A model generated the notes under the pieces. The model was given only the letters and a program-made list of their open reading frames with translations, was not told the DNA's origin and did no database searches. The translations under genes were made by a program, and so were the position numbers. From Calditrichia bacterium (GTDB taxonomy: Bacteria > Calditrichota > Calditrichia > JAJRVZ01), in contig JAGLYF010000190.1 in assembly GCA_023132435.1 (NCBI GenBank), forward strand, positions 1 to 58,234: a DNA stretch of 58,234 bases, read 5' to 3'. Positions 46,437-54,315 of the stretch are shown here, piece by piece (positions within the stretch are counted from its first letter, which is position 1; each line of letters starts with the position of its first letter).

Positions 46437-46529
46437 CCACGAATTACACGAATTTGGCACGAATTAACACGAATTTTATTAATCTAATAATTAATTCGTG
46501 AAATTCGTTTTCATTCGTGAAATTCGTGG
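46437..46529. repeat. CACGAATT-word fold-back element, archetype copy
   Basis: Left arm is ccacgaattacacgaatttggcacgaattaacacgaatttt, followed by a 15-nt AT loop. Right arm is aattcgtgaaattcgttttcattcgtgaaattcgtgg. Confidence 0.9.
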
Positions 46530-46571
46530 ATCAAATAACTTGATATCTTTGCGATAATGTAAACTCCCTTT

Positions 46572-47186
46572 TTAAAAATACCTCAATCTCAAAGTGAAAA
46601 TCCAGGGAGATGTATTCATCTCAGGGGAATAGGTTACCTGAAAACCCAGGATACCAAAAAACAGATAGATACCCGCCTCATAACTTACACCCTGATCCCC
46701 ATTAAAATTGTAATACGAAGCTGCCAGCGAACCGGAGAGATACTCACCTCGCCGGTAGAGGGGAAAATAAGCACGTATTCCCCCGCGAAACAGCCAATTG
46801 GTCTTAAATTTATTTGTTACATTTAACCATTCCGGTGTAAAAAACAGTTCAATTGAACCGTTTTGTCTTACCAGCGGTTCCACGACAAAATAACGCCAGG
46901 GATTCAGTTTACGGTTTATCCCAAATGAATAGAGTAGGGGTGTAACCTGCCAGCGGAGCCCCAATCGCAGACGGTCATCTTTTACTGATATTAATTCAGG
47001 ACTTGGTATTAATTGGGAAGATATCCATAATGATGACGGATAGACTTTTGGTTCGGTAACATCAAACTGAACACTGGTTGAATCATTTATCTTCCATTGC
47101 TCGGCGTTTGAAATTCTAACATCAAGCGTGGAGATGATTATTAGAATTAATAAAATAACAGGCATCTTTTTAAAATTTTCTGACAT
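46572..47186 (-). CDS. hypothetical outer-membrane beta-barrel-like protein
   Basis: Signal peptide, alternating hydrophobic pattern and a C-terminal ...LRLRYF (aromatic terminus). Confidence 0.4.
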   Translation of the reverse strand: MSENFKKMPVILLILIIISTLDVRISNAEQWKINDSTSVQFDVTEPKVYPSSLWISSQLIPSPELISVKDDRLRLGLRWQVTPLLYSFGINRKLNPWRYFVVEPLVRQNGSIELFFTPEWLNVTNKFKTNWLFRGGIRAYFPLYRRGEYLSGSLAASYYNFNGDQGVSYEAGIYLFFGILGFQVTYSPEMNTSPWIFTLRLRYF

Positions 47187-47480
47187 ATTAAAATTATTTT
47201 GATTCTGGTTTTATTTTATGAGGTAGCCCATCAGCCCGCCCCAACATTGGTCATTGAATCTTCCTTGTTGAATATTGGGCCTTCTATCCTTGGGAAACTA
47301 AATCTATCTCATTGTTATTCTGTTATAGGTCATCCCTATGGGACTTCATGTTTTGGGGATGTCTGAATTACCCCGGACTTCCGTCCGGGGCTAGTCTTGG
47401 GCCATCCCTTCGGGATTCTTATTTTGTAACTAATCTAGTTTACGGATTAAATAAATACATAAATCCGTGGTCTATTACAA

Positions 47481-47589
47481 CCCCCTTAGTCCCTCCTTCG
47501 GCTTCGCTCAGGATAGGCTCTTTTTTAAGGGGGAGATGAATTTTTATCATCCGGTATCTCGTATCGAGAAACGAGTACCGAGTACCGAT
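47481..47589. repeat. half-copy (core + right arm) of the 44294-type element
   Basis: cccccttagtccctccttcggcttcgctcaggataggctcttttttaagggggag...tatcgagaaacgagtaccgagtaccgat aligns with 44367-44488. Confidence 0.8.
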
Positions 47590-47793
47590 CAAAATACGGG
47601 AACCTTTATCCGGATCACTCGTTATCAACCTTTAAAATGTAAGATATTTCATACTCGAATGAAACAAAGATGTTCCCTGAATTGAATATATTTGATATAT
47701 TCAACTTCTTGGGATAAATTTATTGTTTATTTCTTTTTTATAAGTAAAAAGAAATTTTACGAATTGATTGGAACAAATTATCAGACTTATCAG

Positions 47794-47821
47794 TTGAAAG
47801 TTATTATTAAAATCGTATAAA
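47794..47821 (+). promoter_or_regulatory. putative sigma-70-type promoter (TTGAAA-16 nt-TATAAA)
   Basis: TTGAAA at 47794-47799 and TATAAA at 47816-47821, 32 nt upstream of the ATG at 47853, with SD GGAAGGAG between. Confidence 0.35.
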
Positions 47822-47852
47822 ACTTTAATTAATCTGGAAGGAGAGTTGTATT

Positions 47853-48497
47853 ATGCTTCAATTTAAGAAGAATTTACATTTGTGGGTAAGAGTGAGCTTG
47901 TTGTCAATTCTCATACTCGGCAGCATGGTTCTCTTGCAGGCGTGTTTTCCATTTGGTCCTGAAGATATCGAAGATTTTGATATTGTGGGAACATTTTATG
48001 ATGAAAACGTAAATTTTGGCGCCTTTAAAAGTTACGCGATGCCGGATACAATTGTACATGTTGACAATTCCGGCGTAACAACCAGAACAGGGGATTTTGA
48101 TGCTTTGATCCTCGATCAGGTTGCCGCCAATATGAGTGCCGTTGGTTATACCCGTGTTAGTAATCCTGACAATGCGGATATGTTATTAACTCTGGCTATT
48201 TCGAAAGAAGGATATAGTCTTGGAACTTCCTATAATTACGGCGATTATTATGGTGACCGCTATGATTATGGCTCTGGTGGATATTATTATACAGGTTCTG
48301 AATATCAGATGGAGACAGGTACGCTCCTCATGAACCTGGCAGATCATAAAGTAGAAGGTGGTTCAGCAAAATCCATGTGGCTTGGCCTGATAAATGGAGT
48401 TACTGAACAGTCCTTTACAAACACCAGCAGGCGGTTGATTGAATTGATCAATCAGGCATATGTTCAGTCACCTTATTTAGGAACATCGACAGATTAA
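47853..48497 (+). CDS. hypothetical lipoprotein (Tyr/Gly-rich segment)
   Basis: Signal peptide with LLQAC and a YNYGDYYGDRYDYGSGGYYY low-complexity stretch. No confident family. Confidence 0.45.
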   Translation: MLQFKKNLHLWVRVSLLSILILGSMVLLQACFPFGPEDIEDFDIVGTFYDENVNFGAFKSYAMPDTIVHVDNSGVTTRTGDFDALILDQVAANMSAVGYTRVSNPDNADMLLTLAISKEGYSLGTSYNYGDYYGDRYDYGSGGYYYTGSEYQMETGTLLMNLADHKVEGGSAKSMWLGLINGVTEQSFTNTSRRLIELINQAYVQSPYLGTSTD

Positions 48498-48536
48498 AAA
48501 TCGAAATCATTTAAATAAAATCAGAGGTATATAAAG

Positions 48537-49136
48537 ATGAAATTAATAAGCACATTAATTCTTGTTGTTGTTCTCAGTTTTGCCGCCTTTGGTCAGGAAT
48601 ATATGACAACTTTAACCTATAACATATCGGCACCGGCTGGAGAAACAACACAATTTATCGAATCTCCCAGTTATCTGGGTCTTAGTTTTGATGGAAGAAA
48701 GTTTATTCTTCCTTTCATTTCCGTAGGTTTTTATACCGGTTGGCAGGTTTTTTACGAGCAAAGTAATATGCCCTTAAATGTCGACAAGGGTACCATCTCA
48801 GGAAACCAATATCGCTATATCAATTCTTTTCCAATTATGCTCAATGCCCATCTCTATATTGGTCCTGACCAATGTATGAGACCGTATGTCGGTATTAATG
48901 CCGGCGCCTATTTTACCTGGAAGAGATTAAACATAGGTGTTATTACAGCAGAAGAGAAAAAATGGGTTCTGGGTTTTGCACCTGAAGTTGGTATGACAGT
49001 CCCGATTGGAGATGTGCATCTCAACCTCGGTGCGAAATATAATTATGCACTGCCTCCGGGTGATTCGGAATATTATGAAGAAGCTGACCCACTTCAGTAT
49101 GTCAGTTTCCATATTGGTTTTGCCTATTATCGTTAG
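48537..49136 (+). CDS. small outer-membrane beta-barrel protein
   Basis: Signal peptide and an alternating beta-strand pattern. It is a paralog of 51052-51645 (compare LTYNISAPAGETTQFIESPSYLGLSFDGR with ISYDISIPTLDTKEFVNNISLVGFGLDAR). Confidence 0.5.
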   Translation: MKLISTLILVVVLSFAAFGQEYMTTLTYNISAPAGETTQFIESPSYLGLSFDGRKFILPFISVGFYTGWQVFYEQSNMPLNVDKGTISGNQYRYINSFPIMLNAHLYIGPDQCMRPYVGINAGAYFTWKRLNIGVITAEEKKWVLGFAPEVGMTVPIGDVHLNLGAKYNYALPPGDSEYYEEADPLQYVSFHIGFAYYR

Positions 49137-49162
49137 TCGGGTATTCCGCTAAAGTTTTTTTA

Positions 49163-49373
49163 CCACGGAATGCCACGGAAAAGAAACACTGATTGGTTCA
49201 CGAATTTGTCCACGAATTACACGAATTGGACACGAATTATCACGAATATTTCTTAATAATTCCTTGATAGTTTGTGTGATTCGTGGATAGAAATGAATTA
49301 TCCAGGATAAATAAGACATTTTATAAATTCACTCAAAATATAATTTTCCGTGTTTCTCCGTGTGATTCCGTGG
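49163..49373. repeat. nested fold-back elements: CACGAATT-type copy inside a CACGGAA-type copy
   Basis: The outer arms are ccacggaatgccacggaaaag (49163-49183) and ttttccgtgtttctccgtgtgattccgtgg (49344-49373). The inner element (49198-49306) runs from ttcacgaatttgtccacgaattacacgaattggacacgaattatcacgaat to gtgtgattcgtggatagaaatgaattatccagg. Confidence 0.85.
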
Positions 49374-49408
49374 TAAAATGTTTTTCTTCAAAATCTATTA
49401 TTTATAGC

Positions 49409-49435
49409 GCCCGGAAATATTTCCGGGCTTTTTTT
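49409..49435 (+). terminator. intrinsic terminator
   Basis: gcccggaaa-ta-tttccgggc (9-bp stem) followed by T7. It lies ~270 nt downstream of the stop at 49136, with the nested repeats in between. Confidence 0.7.
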
Positions 49436-49534
49436 ATGCCTCAGCCTTCTCCGTTTGTATTTTATCCTAATTTTAGTTTAATTATATTGTAAACCATAGA
49501 ATAATTATGCTGCGTCGAGATGCCGTTATTTAAT

Positions 49535-49630
49535 GGATTCCCGCTTCCGCGGGAATGACAATTTGTGAGAAAGTCACAGTAATATTGTGAAATACTGTGT
49601 ATTCTGCAACAGCCTGCTCTGGCGGAAATG
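49535..49630. repeat. right-half copy of the 11487-type MITE
   Basis: ggattcccgcttccgcgggaatgacaattt, ~39 nt of spacer, then tctgcaacagcctgctctggcggaaatg parallels 11641-11726. It ends 35 nt before the next ATG. Confidence 0.7.
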
Positions 49631-49663
49631 GAATAAAGACACCTAAAATACTTGGAGTTAATT

Positions 49664-51013
49664 ATGTATTTTAAACATAAAAATACAGTATTGAATGACT
49701 GGATAAATACTTTTACTCCTGAGATCATGTATCAAACGAAAGTATTTAAGTTGATCCCTTATACATTTTTTCTTTTTATTATGATCATTATTATCAGTGG
49801 ATGTGCAGGGACGGGAGGATATCGGGAAGCAAAATTTAAGGATGAAAAATACTCAGATGTTAAAATCTACGGAATGTTCGATAAAGAATACGCCAGTAAA
49901 TATTTTGGTAGTTTCAGATTTGTGTTTGAAAATCAGGGTGATCAATGGTTGACGATGGAAAATATCAGATTATCATTTGCTCAGGATAGTGCGCAAAAAT
50001 ATATTAAAGTCCTTGATCAACCGGAATTAGAACAGTGGAGCAGGGCAGTACGTTTGCAAAAGAACCTTCACGAATCAACTGTCAAGGAGCTCCAAACTGC
50101 TTTAATTAGTGCCGGCTCGAGTATATCCGGTATGGTCGGTGATATTAGTGAATCTGTCGGTCTTGATGCCAGTGGTAAAAAAAGGACCTATCCGGAAAAT
50201 CATTTATATGCAGAAGAATTTATTCTCCCGCCGGGTTTTGCTGTTGAAAAATGGGTTCTTCTTGAATCTTCACATCATGAGAAAATTCCCTATGTCACAA
50301 ATCTTGATCTGGATTTTGAGATCAACAAAAAACATCAACGTGCGGATTTACAGTTTCGTGAAAAATCATCAAAGTACAACAATTTTATCTGGTTCGACGC
50401 AACCCGCGATGTAGATCTGAACTTTTATCTGGGTGTAAGTATCGGCTCAGCTTTTCCCATAGGTGAGTTTAAAGAAATGGCAAACAGGAAAGAAAATATA
50501 ATAAACATCTTCGGAGCAAACGCTTATCTGGCGATTCTGAAAAATTTTGGGATTAATTTTGCCCTGGACTATCAATCATTTCTGTCCCGGGCAAAACTAC
50601 CGTTTAGAGCTGATTCACTTGTCTTGCCAGGCATTGAATTTGAATTTAGTAATTGGGAGAATATTTCATTTTTAATCAGCCCCAGATTTGTTTATCCTGT
50701 AACTGTGGATGTTGATCTGTTTGCAGAGCTTACCACTGGTCTGGTGATGAGCATATCTCCAACAATAATGGCAATACGGGCAGGGTTGGAGATTGAAGAA
50801 CTTGAAAGTAACAGTACTATATCATTGGCAGGAGGGTTTGCTTTTGGTTCGAGATTTTATTTATCAGATAAATTAAATCTTGATATAAAAATGGAATTTA
50901 TCCCATTTCTCGAGCCCACTTTCACTTATGAAACTGCTGATAATGAGGAAATAGAGGTTACCCAAAATATGAGTAAATATAAACTTAAGGCCAGTGTCAA
51001 TTGGGATTTATGA
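49664..51013 (+). CDS. hypothetical lipoprotein with C-terminal beta-barrel-like region
   Basis: The ATG at 49664 lies 6 nt after GGAG. An alternative start at 49727 sits directly before the lipoprotein signal (FIMIIIISGC). No family recognised. Confidence 0.45.
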   Translation: MYFKHKNTVLNDWINTFTPEIMYQTKVFKLIPYTFFLFIMIIIISGCAGTGGYREAKFKDEKYSDVKIYGMFDKEYASKYFGSFRFVFENQGDQWLTMENIRLSFAQDSAQKYIKVLDQPELEQWSRAVRLQKNLHESTVKELQTALISAGSSISGMVGDISESVGLDASGKKRTYPENHLYAEEFILPPGFAVEKWVLLESSHHEKIPYVTNLDLDFEINKKHQRADLQFREKSSKYNNFIWFDATRDVDLNFYLGVSIGSAFPIGEFKEMANRKENIINIFGANAYLAILKNFGINFALDYQSFLSRAKLPFRADSLVLPGIEFEFSNWENISFLISPRFVYPVTVDVDLFAELTTGLVMSISPTIMAIRAGLEIEELESNSTISLAGGFAFGSRFYLSDKLNLDIKMEFIPFLEPTFTYETADNEEIEVTQNMSKYKLKASVNWDL

Positions 51014-51051
51014 TCACCCATGAACCACATATGATCCAGGGATACAACTGA

Positions 51052-51645
51052 TTGAAAAAAGCCCTCACTCTTTTATTGATTTCTTTATCTATGAATATAC
51101 CAATACAGGCGCAACAGATATTTGGCATATCCTATGATATATCTATTCCCACTCTGGATACAAAAGAGTTTGTAAACAATATTAGTTTGGTTGGGTTTGG
51201 ATTGGATGCCAGGGAAATGAGGCACGGTAAAGTCTCTTTTGGTGTAACATTTCATTGGAATTCATTTAAAGATGATCGCCTTGAAAGAGTCAATACGGGA
51301 GATGGAGATTTTATTTCAATCGATGACCGCTCACTGGAATCATTTCCTCTCCTTGTTAACAGTCATTTTTATTTCTTCTCAGAAATTGAGTCCTTTCGTC
51401 CATTTTTCGGCGCAAATATTGGAACCTATTTTATTATCACGCGCCGGAGTGTGGATGGTGTCAGAAGATCGGATAAAAACTGGCACTTTGGATTAGCACC
51501 CGATATAGGTTTTATGTTACACTTTATGCAGGATGTTCATATTATGCTCACTCTGCGTTATAATTATGCGGTAAAGACTGGTGGCTCTCCGGCTCAAACC
51601 TATTGGAATGTTATTTTTGGTTTTGTTTCTATCAGTTTATTTTGA
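51052..51645 (+). CDS. small outer-membrane beta-barrel protein (paralog of 48537-49136)
   Basis: The TTG start is supported by the signal peptide KKALTLLLISLSMNIPIQAQ. The protein ends in ...SISLF (aromatic terminus). Confidence 0.5.
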   Translation: MKKALTLLLISLSMNIPIQAQQIFGISYDISIPTLDTKEFVNNISLVGFGLDAREMRHGKVSFGVTFHWNSFKDDRLERVNTGDGDFISIDDRSLESFPLLVNSHFYFFSEIESFRPFFGANIGTYFIITRRSVDGVRRSDKNWHFGLAPDIGFMLHFMQDVHIMLTLRYNYAVKTGGSPAQTYWNVIFGFVSISLF

Positions 51646-51647
51646 TA

Positions 51648-51931
51648 CCGGATGCTGGATACTTGATAGATGATACAGTCTGATGGTTGATAAAAATCTG
51701 TTCCCCCTTATCAAAGGGGGACTAAGGGGGTTGTTGGAATTTGGTAGCAAGAAACAGAATACGAGATACGTTATGTAAAGGCGGGTTCAGAAACCGGGCC
51801 CTACATCCAATATCCAACATTCATATCAAAACACCCCCCTTAATCCCCCCTTGATAGGGGGGAAATAGATCTCTGCCATCCGATATCCTTTATCACGAAT
51901 CTTGTATCCAAAATCCAACATCTAATATCGA
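51648..51931. repeat. composite element: GGATG/ATCC word arms enclosing two inverted C5/G5 cores
   Basis: The arms are ccggatgctggatacttgatagatgataca and tgtatccaaaatccaacatctaatatcgag. The cores are at 51701-51735 (reverse) and 51829-51865 (forward). Confidence 0.8.
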
Positions 51932-52035
51932 GTCCCATTGATTAAATGCAAAAATTGTCTTAAAATCTAAATATTGTTAAAGAATATCCGATAAATGTTC
52001 ATATAACAAGTCAATTGAATTAAGGAGGCGTTCTA

Positions 52036-52560
52036 ATGAAGAAGTTTTTAATTGTATTGGTTATTTTATCCTTTGCCGGTATTTCATCAGCTCAGGGCTT
52101 TAAACTGGGTGTTGCCGGAACTGCTGCCTTTCCAACTGGTGATTGGTCAGAGTTCACTTCAACCGGATATGGTGTAGATGCATTTGGAGTGTTTGATATT
52201 ATGTTGCTTACCCTTACTGTCAGGGCAGGGTATCTGAGTTTTGGTGAAAATGAAGAAGAAATTTTTGGTGAAACATATAAAACCAGCATCACGGCTATTC
52301 CGGTCATGGCAGGATTACGCTGGGATTTTGGCCTGCCTGTAGGACCTTCTTTTTATGCCGGTGTCGAAGCGGGTCTTCATGCCTTCACGACGACTGTGGA
52401 AGTAGGAGGGGTCACTGCACCGAGTGAATCGAATACAGAATTTGCTCTTGCTCCAAATGTTGGACTGGAATTTGCCGGTTTTGATCTTTCTGCATTCTAT
52501 ATGATTATAAAAGATGCGAACTATTGGGGTTTGCGACTCGGGTGGGGGATTGGTATATAA
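52036..52560 (+). CDS. small outer-membrane beta-barrel protein (OmpA-beta-barrel/porin-like)
   Basis: Strong SD (AAGGAGG), a signal peptide ending SSAQG, and Gly/aromatic beta-strand periodicity. Confidence 0.55.
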   Translation: MKKFLIVLVILSFAGISSAQGFKLGVAGTAAFPTGDWSEFTSTGYGVDAFGVFDIMLLTLTVRAGYLSFGENEEEIFGETYKTSITAIPVMAGLRWDFGLPVGPSFYAGVEAGLHAFTTTVEVGGVTAPSESNTEFALAPNVGLEFAGFDLSAFYMIIKDANYWGLRLGWGIGI

Positions 52561-52581
52561 CCTAACCTGAATTATTTTTAT

Positions 52582-52617
52582 AGCCACCTCAAGATCGATT
52601 GGGGTGGCTTTTTTTTT
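52582..52617 (+). terminator. intrinsic terminator
   Basis: Stem agccacctc / ggggtggct with a 10-nt loop, followed by T8. It is immediately followed by a CACGAATT element. Confidence 0.65.
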
Positions 52618-52619
52618 AT

Positions 52620-52727
52620 CCACGAATTACACGAATTTCCCACGAATTAACACGAATTTTTTTAAAATTCTTTGACCAGTTCGTGTAATTCGTACTAATT
52701 CGTGAAATTCGTGGACCAATTTGTGGA
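52620..52727. repeat. CACGAATT-word fold-back element
   Basis: Left arm is ccacgaattacacgaatttcccacgaattaacacgaattttt. Right arm is cagttcgtgtaattcgtactaattcgtgaaattcgtggacc followed by aatttgtggat. Confidence 0.9.
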
Positions 52728-52816
52728 TAAAAAACTTGAAAATTGGTGAATGGTTTATATTCTCTATTTTAGTATATTAAGGGTGTTTGTCGTTATCCTT
52801 TTATCATATAATTTTT

Positions 52817-54022
52817 ATGAAATCTCTGTTTGTTTTTCTATTTATAGTATCAATTAGTATCATTGGTGTAAATGGCTCCGATTCAGATTGGATCTATGAA
52901 TTTGGCTATCAGGATCGGTTGCTCTACATCCACCCTTTTGTTAATTATGATTATAACGCCTATTGGTATAATAACTGGGAAAGAAATTTTTTTAAGGGGA
53001 ACGGATTTTTGTTTAGCGTGGGAAGTGTCACAACCAGTGAGCTGTTGGTTGACGGCGCCCTGGTAATAAACGAATCTCTTGGTAAAGGCTGGCGTTTTCG
53101 CGGTGAGGGGCGCTGGTTTGAAACATTGCACCTTAAAAATGTTGAGAAATCTACATTTATGGGTTTAGAGAAAGAAGTGTTGAATAATTCCTCGATATAT
53201 TTGATTGTTAATCCGGCCTACGATAAGGAATACACGGATTTGAATATGGGGATTTTATATGCGGACAGTACTTATGAAAATTACATTCGTCTTGGACTAT
53301 TGTGGGAGGATTTTGTCTATGCTGATAAGAACAACATGGATGGGGTGACCGACAGAGTTCCCCTGAATCTTGAATGGTATGCACGCTATCAGAGTGGCCG
53401 GTTTGTATTCTACAGCCAGGGACGTCTCAGCCAGGGTTTCGAGCGTCGTTTTCCCAATCTGGAATTATCCCCGGATTTAACGTCTCATGACTTACAACAT
53501 AGTAACTTTACAGTTAAACTATATTATTTCCCTTCGGATGTATCCATACTGAATCTATCCTTTTATAATTACCAGTTTAACGAAACCAAAACTTTCTATG
53601 CCGACAGTTTTAACTATAATTACAATACACGAATCAGTGATATCGGGCTTGATTATCTGCTGACATTTAAGGAGGTAAATCGTCTGCGGTTCCAGTTACA
53701 TTATGTAACAAACAGGGCAAAATCGATCGGTTATCGGGAGCATTTTTTTAAGCGGGAAGATTTTTTAACAGCCCTATCCTATGAAAGATTTTTTTCCAGA
53801 CATATTATTGAACTGCAATATATGTTTGCCCTGCCCAGTTGGGATTACATCAGTCATCATGAGGAGGAAGTATCATACGATTATCAGGGCATTATGGATA
53901 AAGTTAAGATTGGCTGGACCTATAATTTCCCTCAGGGATCAAAAATACATATTTCTGTCAGTCATGAAGTACAGGTTGGTAATTTTGGAGGGGCAAATTT
54001 GCAATATATTCTAATTTTCTAG
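52817..54022 (+). CDS. hypothetical outer-membrane protein
   Basis: The ATG at 52817 gives the signal peptide MKSLFVFLFIVSISIIGVNG. The protein is rich in Tyr, Asn and Phe and ends ...LQYILIF (aromatic terminus). Confidence 0.4.
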   Translation: MKSLFVFLFIVSISIIGVNGSDSDWIYEFGYQDRLLYIHPFVNYDYNAYWYNNWERNFFKGNGFLFSVGSVTTSELLVDGALVINESLGKGWRFRGEGRWFETLHLKNVEKSTFMGLEKEVLNNSSIYLIVNPAYDKEYTDLNMGILYADSTYENYIRLGLLWEDFVYADKNNMDGVTDRVPLNLEWYARYQSGRFVFYSQGRLSQGFERRFPNLELSPDLTSHDLQHSNFTVKLYYFPSDVSILNLSFYNYQFNETKTFYADSFNYNYNTRISDIGLDYLLTFKEVNRLRFQLHYVTNRAKSIGYREHFFKREDFLTALSYERFFSRHIIELQYMFALPSWDYISHHEEEVSYDYQGIMDKVKIGWTYNFPQGSKIHISVSHEVQVGNFGGANLQYILIF

Positions 54023-54070
54023 TGTTCCCTTAACCCTTCACCATGATGTGCTATTTTCAAGTTTTTTTAT

Positions 54071-54313
54071 CCACGAATTACACGAACTATTCCATAAATA
54101 TTTAACCTGATCTATAGCATAAATTTCTTGCGCAAAGGCGCTAAGACGTAAAGAAATAATTATTTATAAGGAATAGATTTAATTTAAAATTCAATTTCAC
54201 AATCTTGACATAAATTATTCAAAAATAAATCGTTGCGTCGCTGCGTCGTCGCGAGAAATGAATTATCCCGGTTAGTAGATATTCTTAAAATTCGTGGACT
54301 AATTCGTGGACCC
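54071..54313. repeat. long CACGAATT-type element (243 bp)
   Basis: The left end is ccacgaattacacgaac. An internal gagaaatgaattatcccgg motif is shared with 31036 (reverse) and 49287. The right end is aaaattcgtggactaattcgtggaccc, 3 nt from the stop codon of the next gene. Confidence 0.8.
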
Positions 54314-54315
54314 AT

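Noticed and set aside
46454-46470. TGGCAC within the repeat (tttggcacgaattaacac) could be a sigma-54 -24 element.
   Set aside because: No TTGC -12 element lies at the required spacing, and the hexamer is simply one CACGAATT word preceded by tgg.
46437-46529. The regularly spaced short direct repeats (CACGAATT words) could be a CRISPR array.
   Set aside because: The period is only 9-11 nt and there are no unique 25-40-nt spacers. The repeats are arranged as two complementary arms, and no cas genes are in the window.
47187-47852. The large spacers (47187-47852, 37510-38453, 11312-11809, 49137-49663) could hide a tRNA, tmRNA, RNase P or SRP RNA.
   Set aside because: I found no GGTTCGAATCC-like T-loop or acceptor pairing, no tmRNA 5'-GGGG...3'-CCA frame and no conserved RNase P or SRP motifs by eye. 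The sequence is explained by repeat modules. A covariance-model scan (Infernal/Rfam, tRNAscan-SE) would be decisive.
52611-52730. DnaA-box-like 9-mers occur at repeat ends: TTATCCACg at 52615-52623 and 54066-54074, and a perfect TGTGGATAA at 52722-52730. They could suggest a replication origin.
   Set aside because: The matches are part of the conserved CCAC/GTGG termini of the dispersed fold-back elements and are scattered over 20 kb. There is no dnaA/dnaN neighbourhood and no AT-rich unwinding element with clustered, properly spaced boxes.
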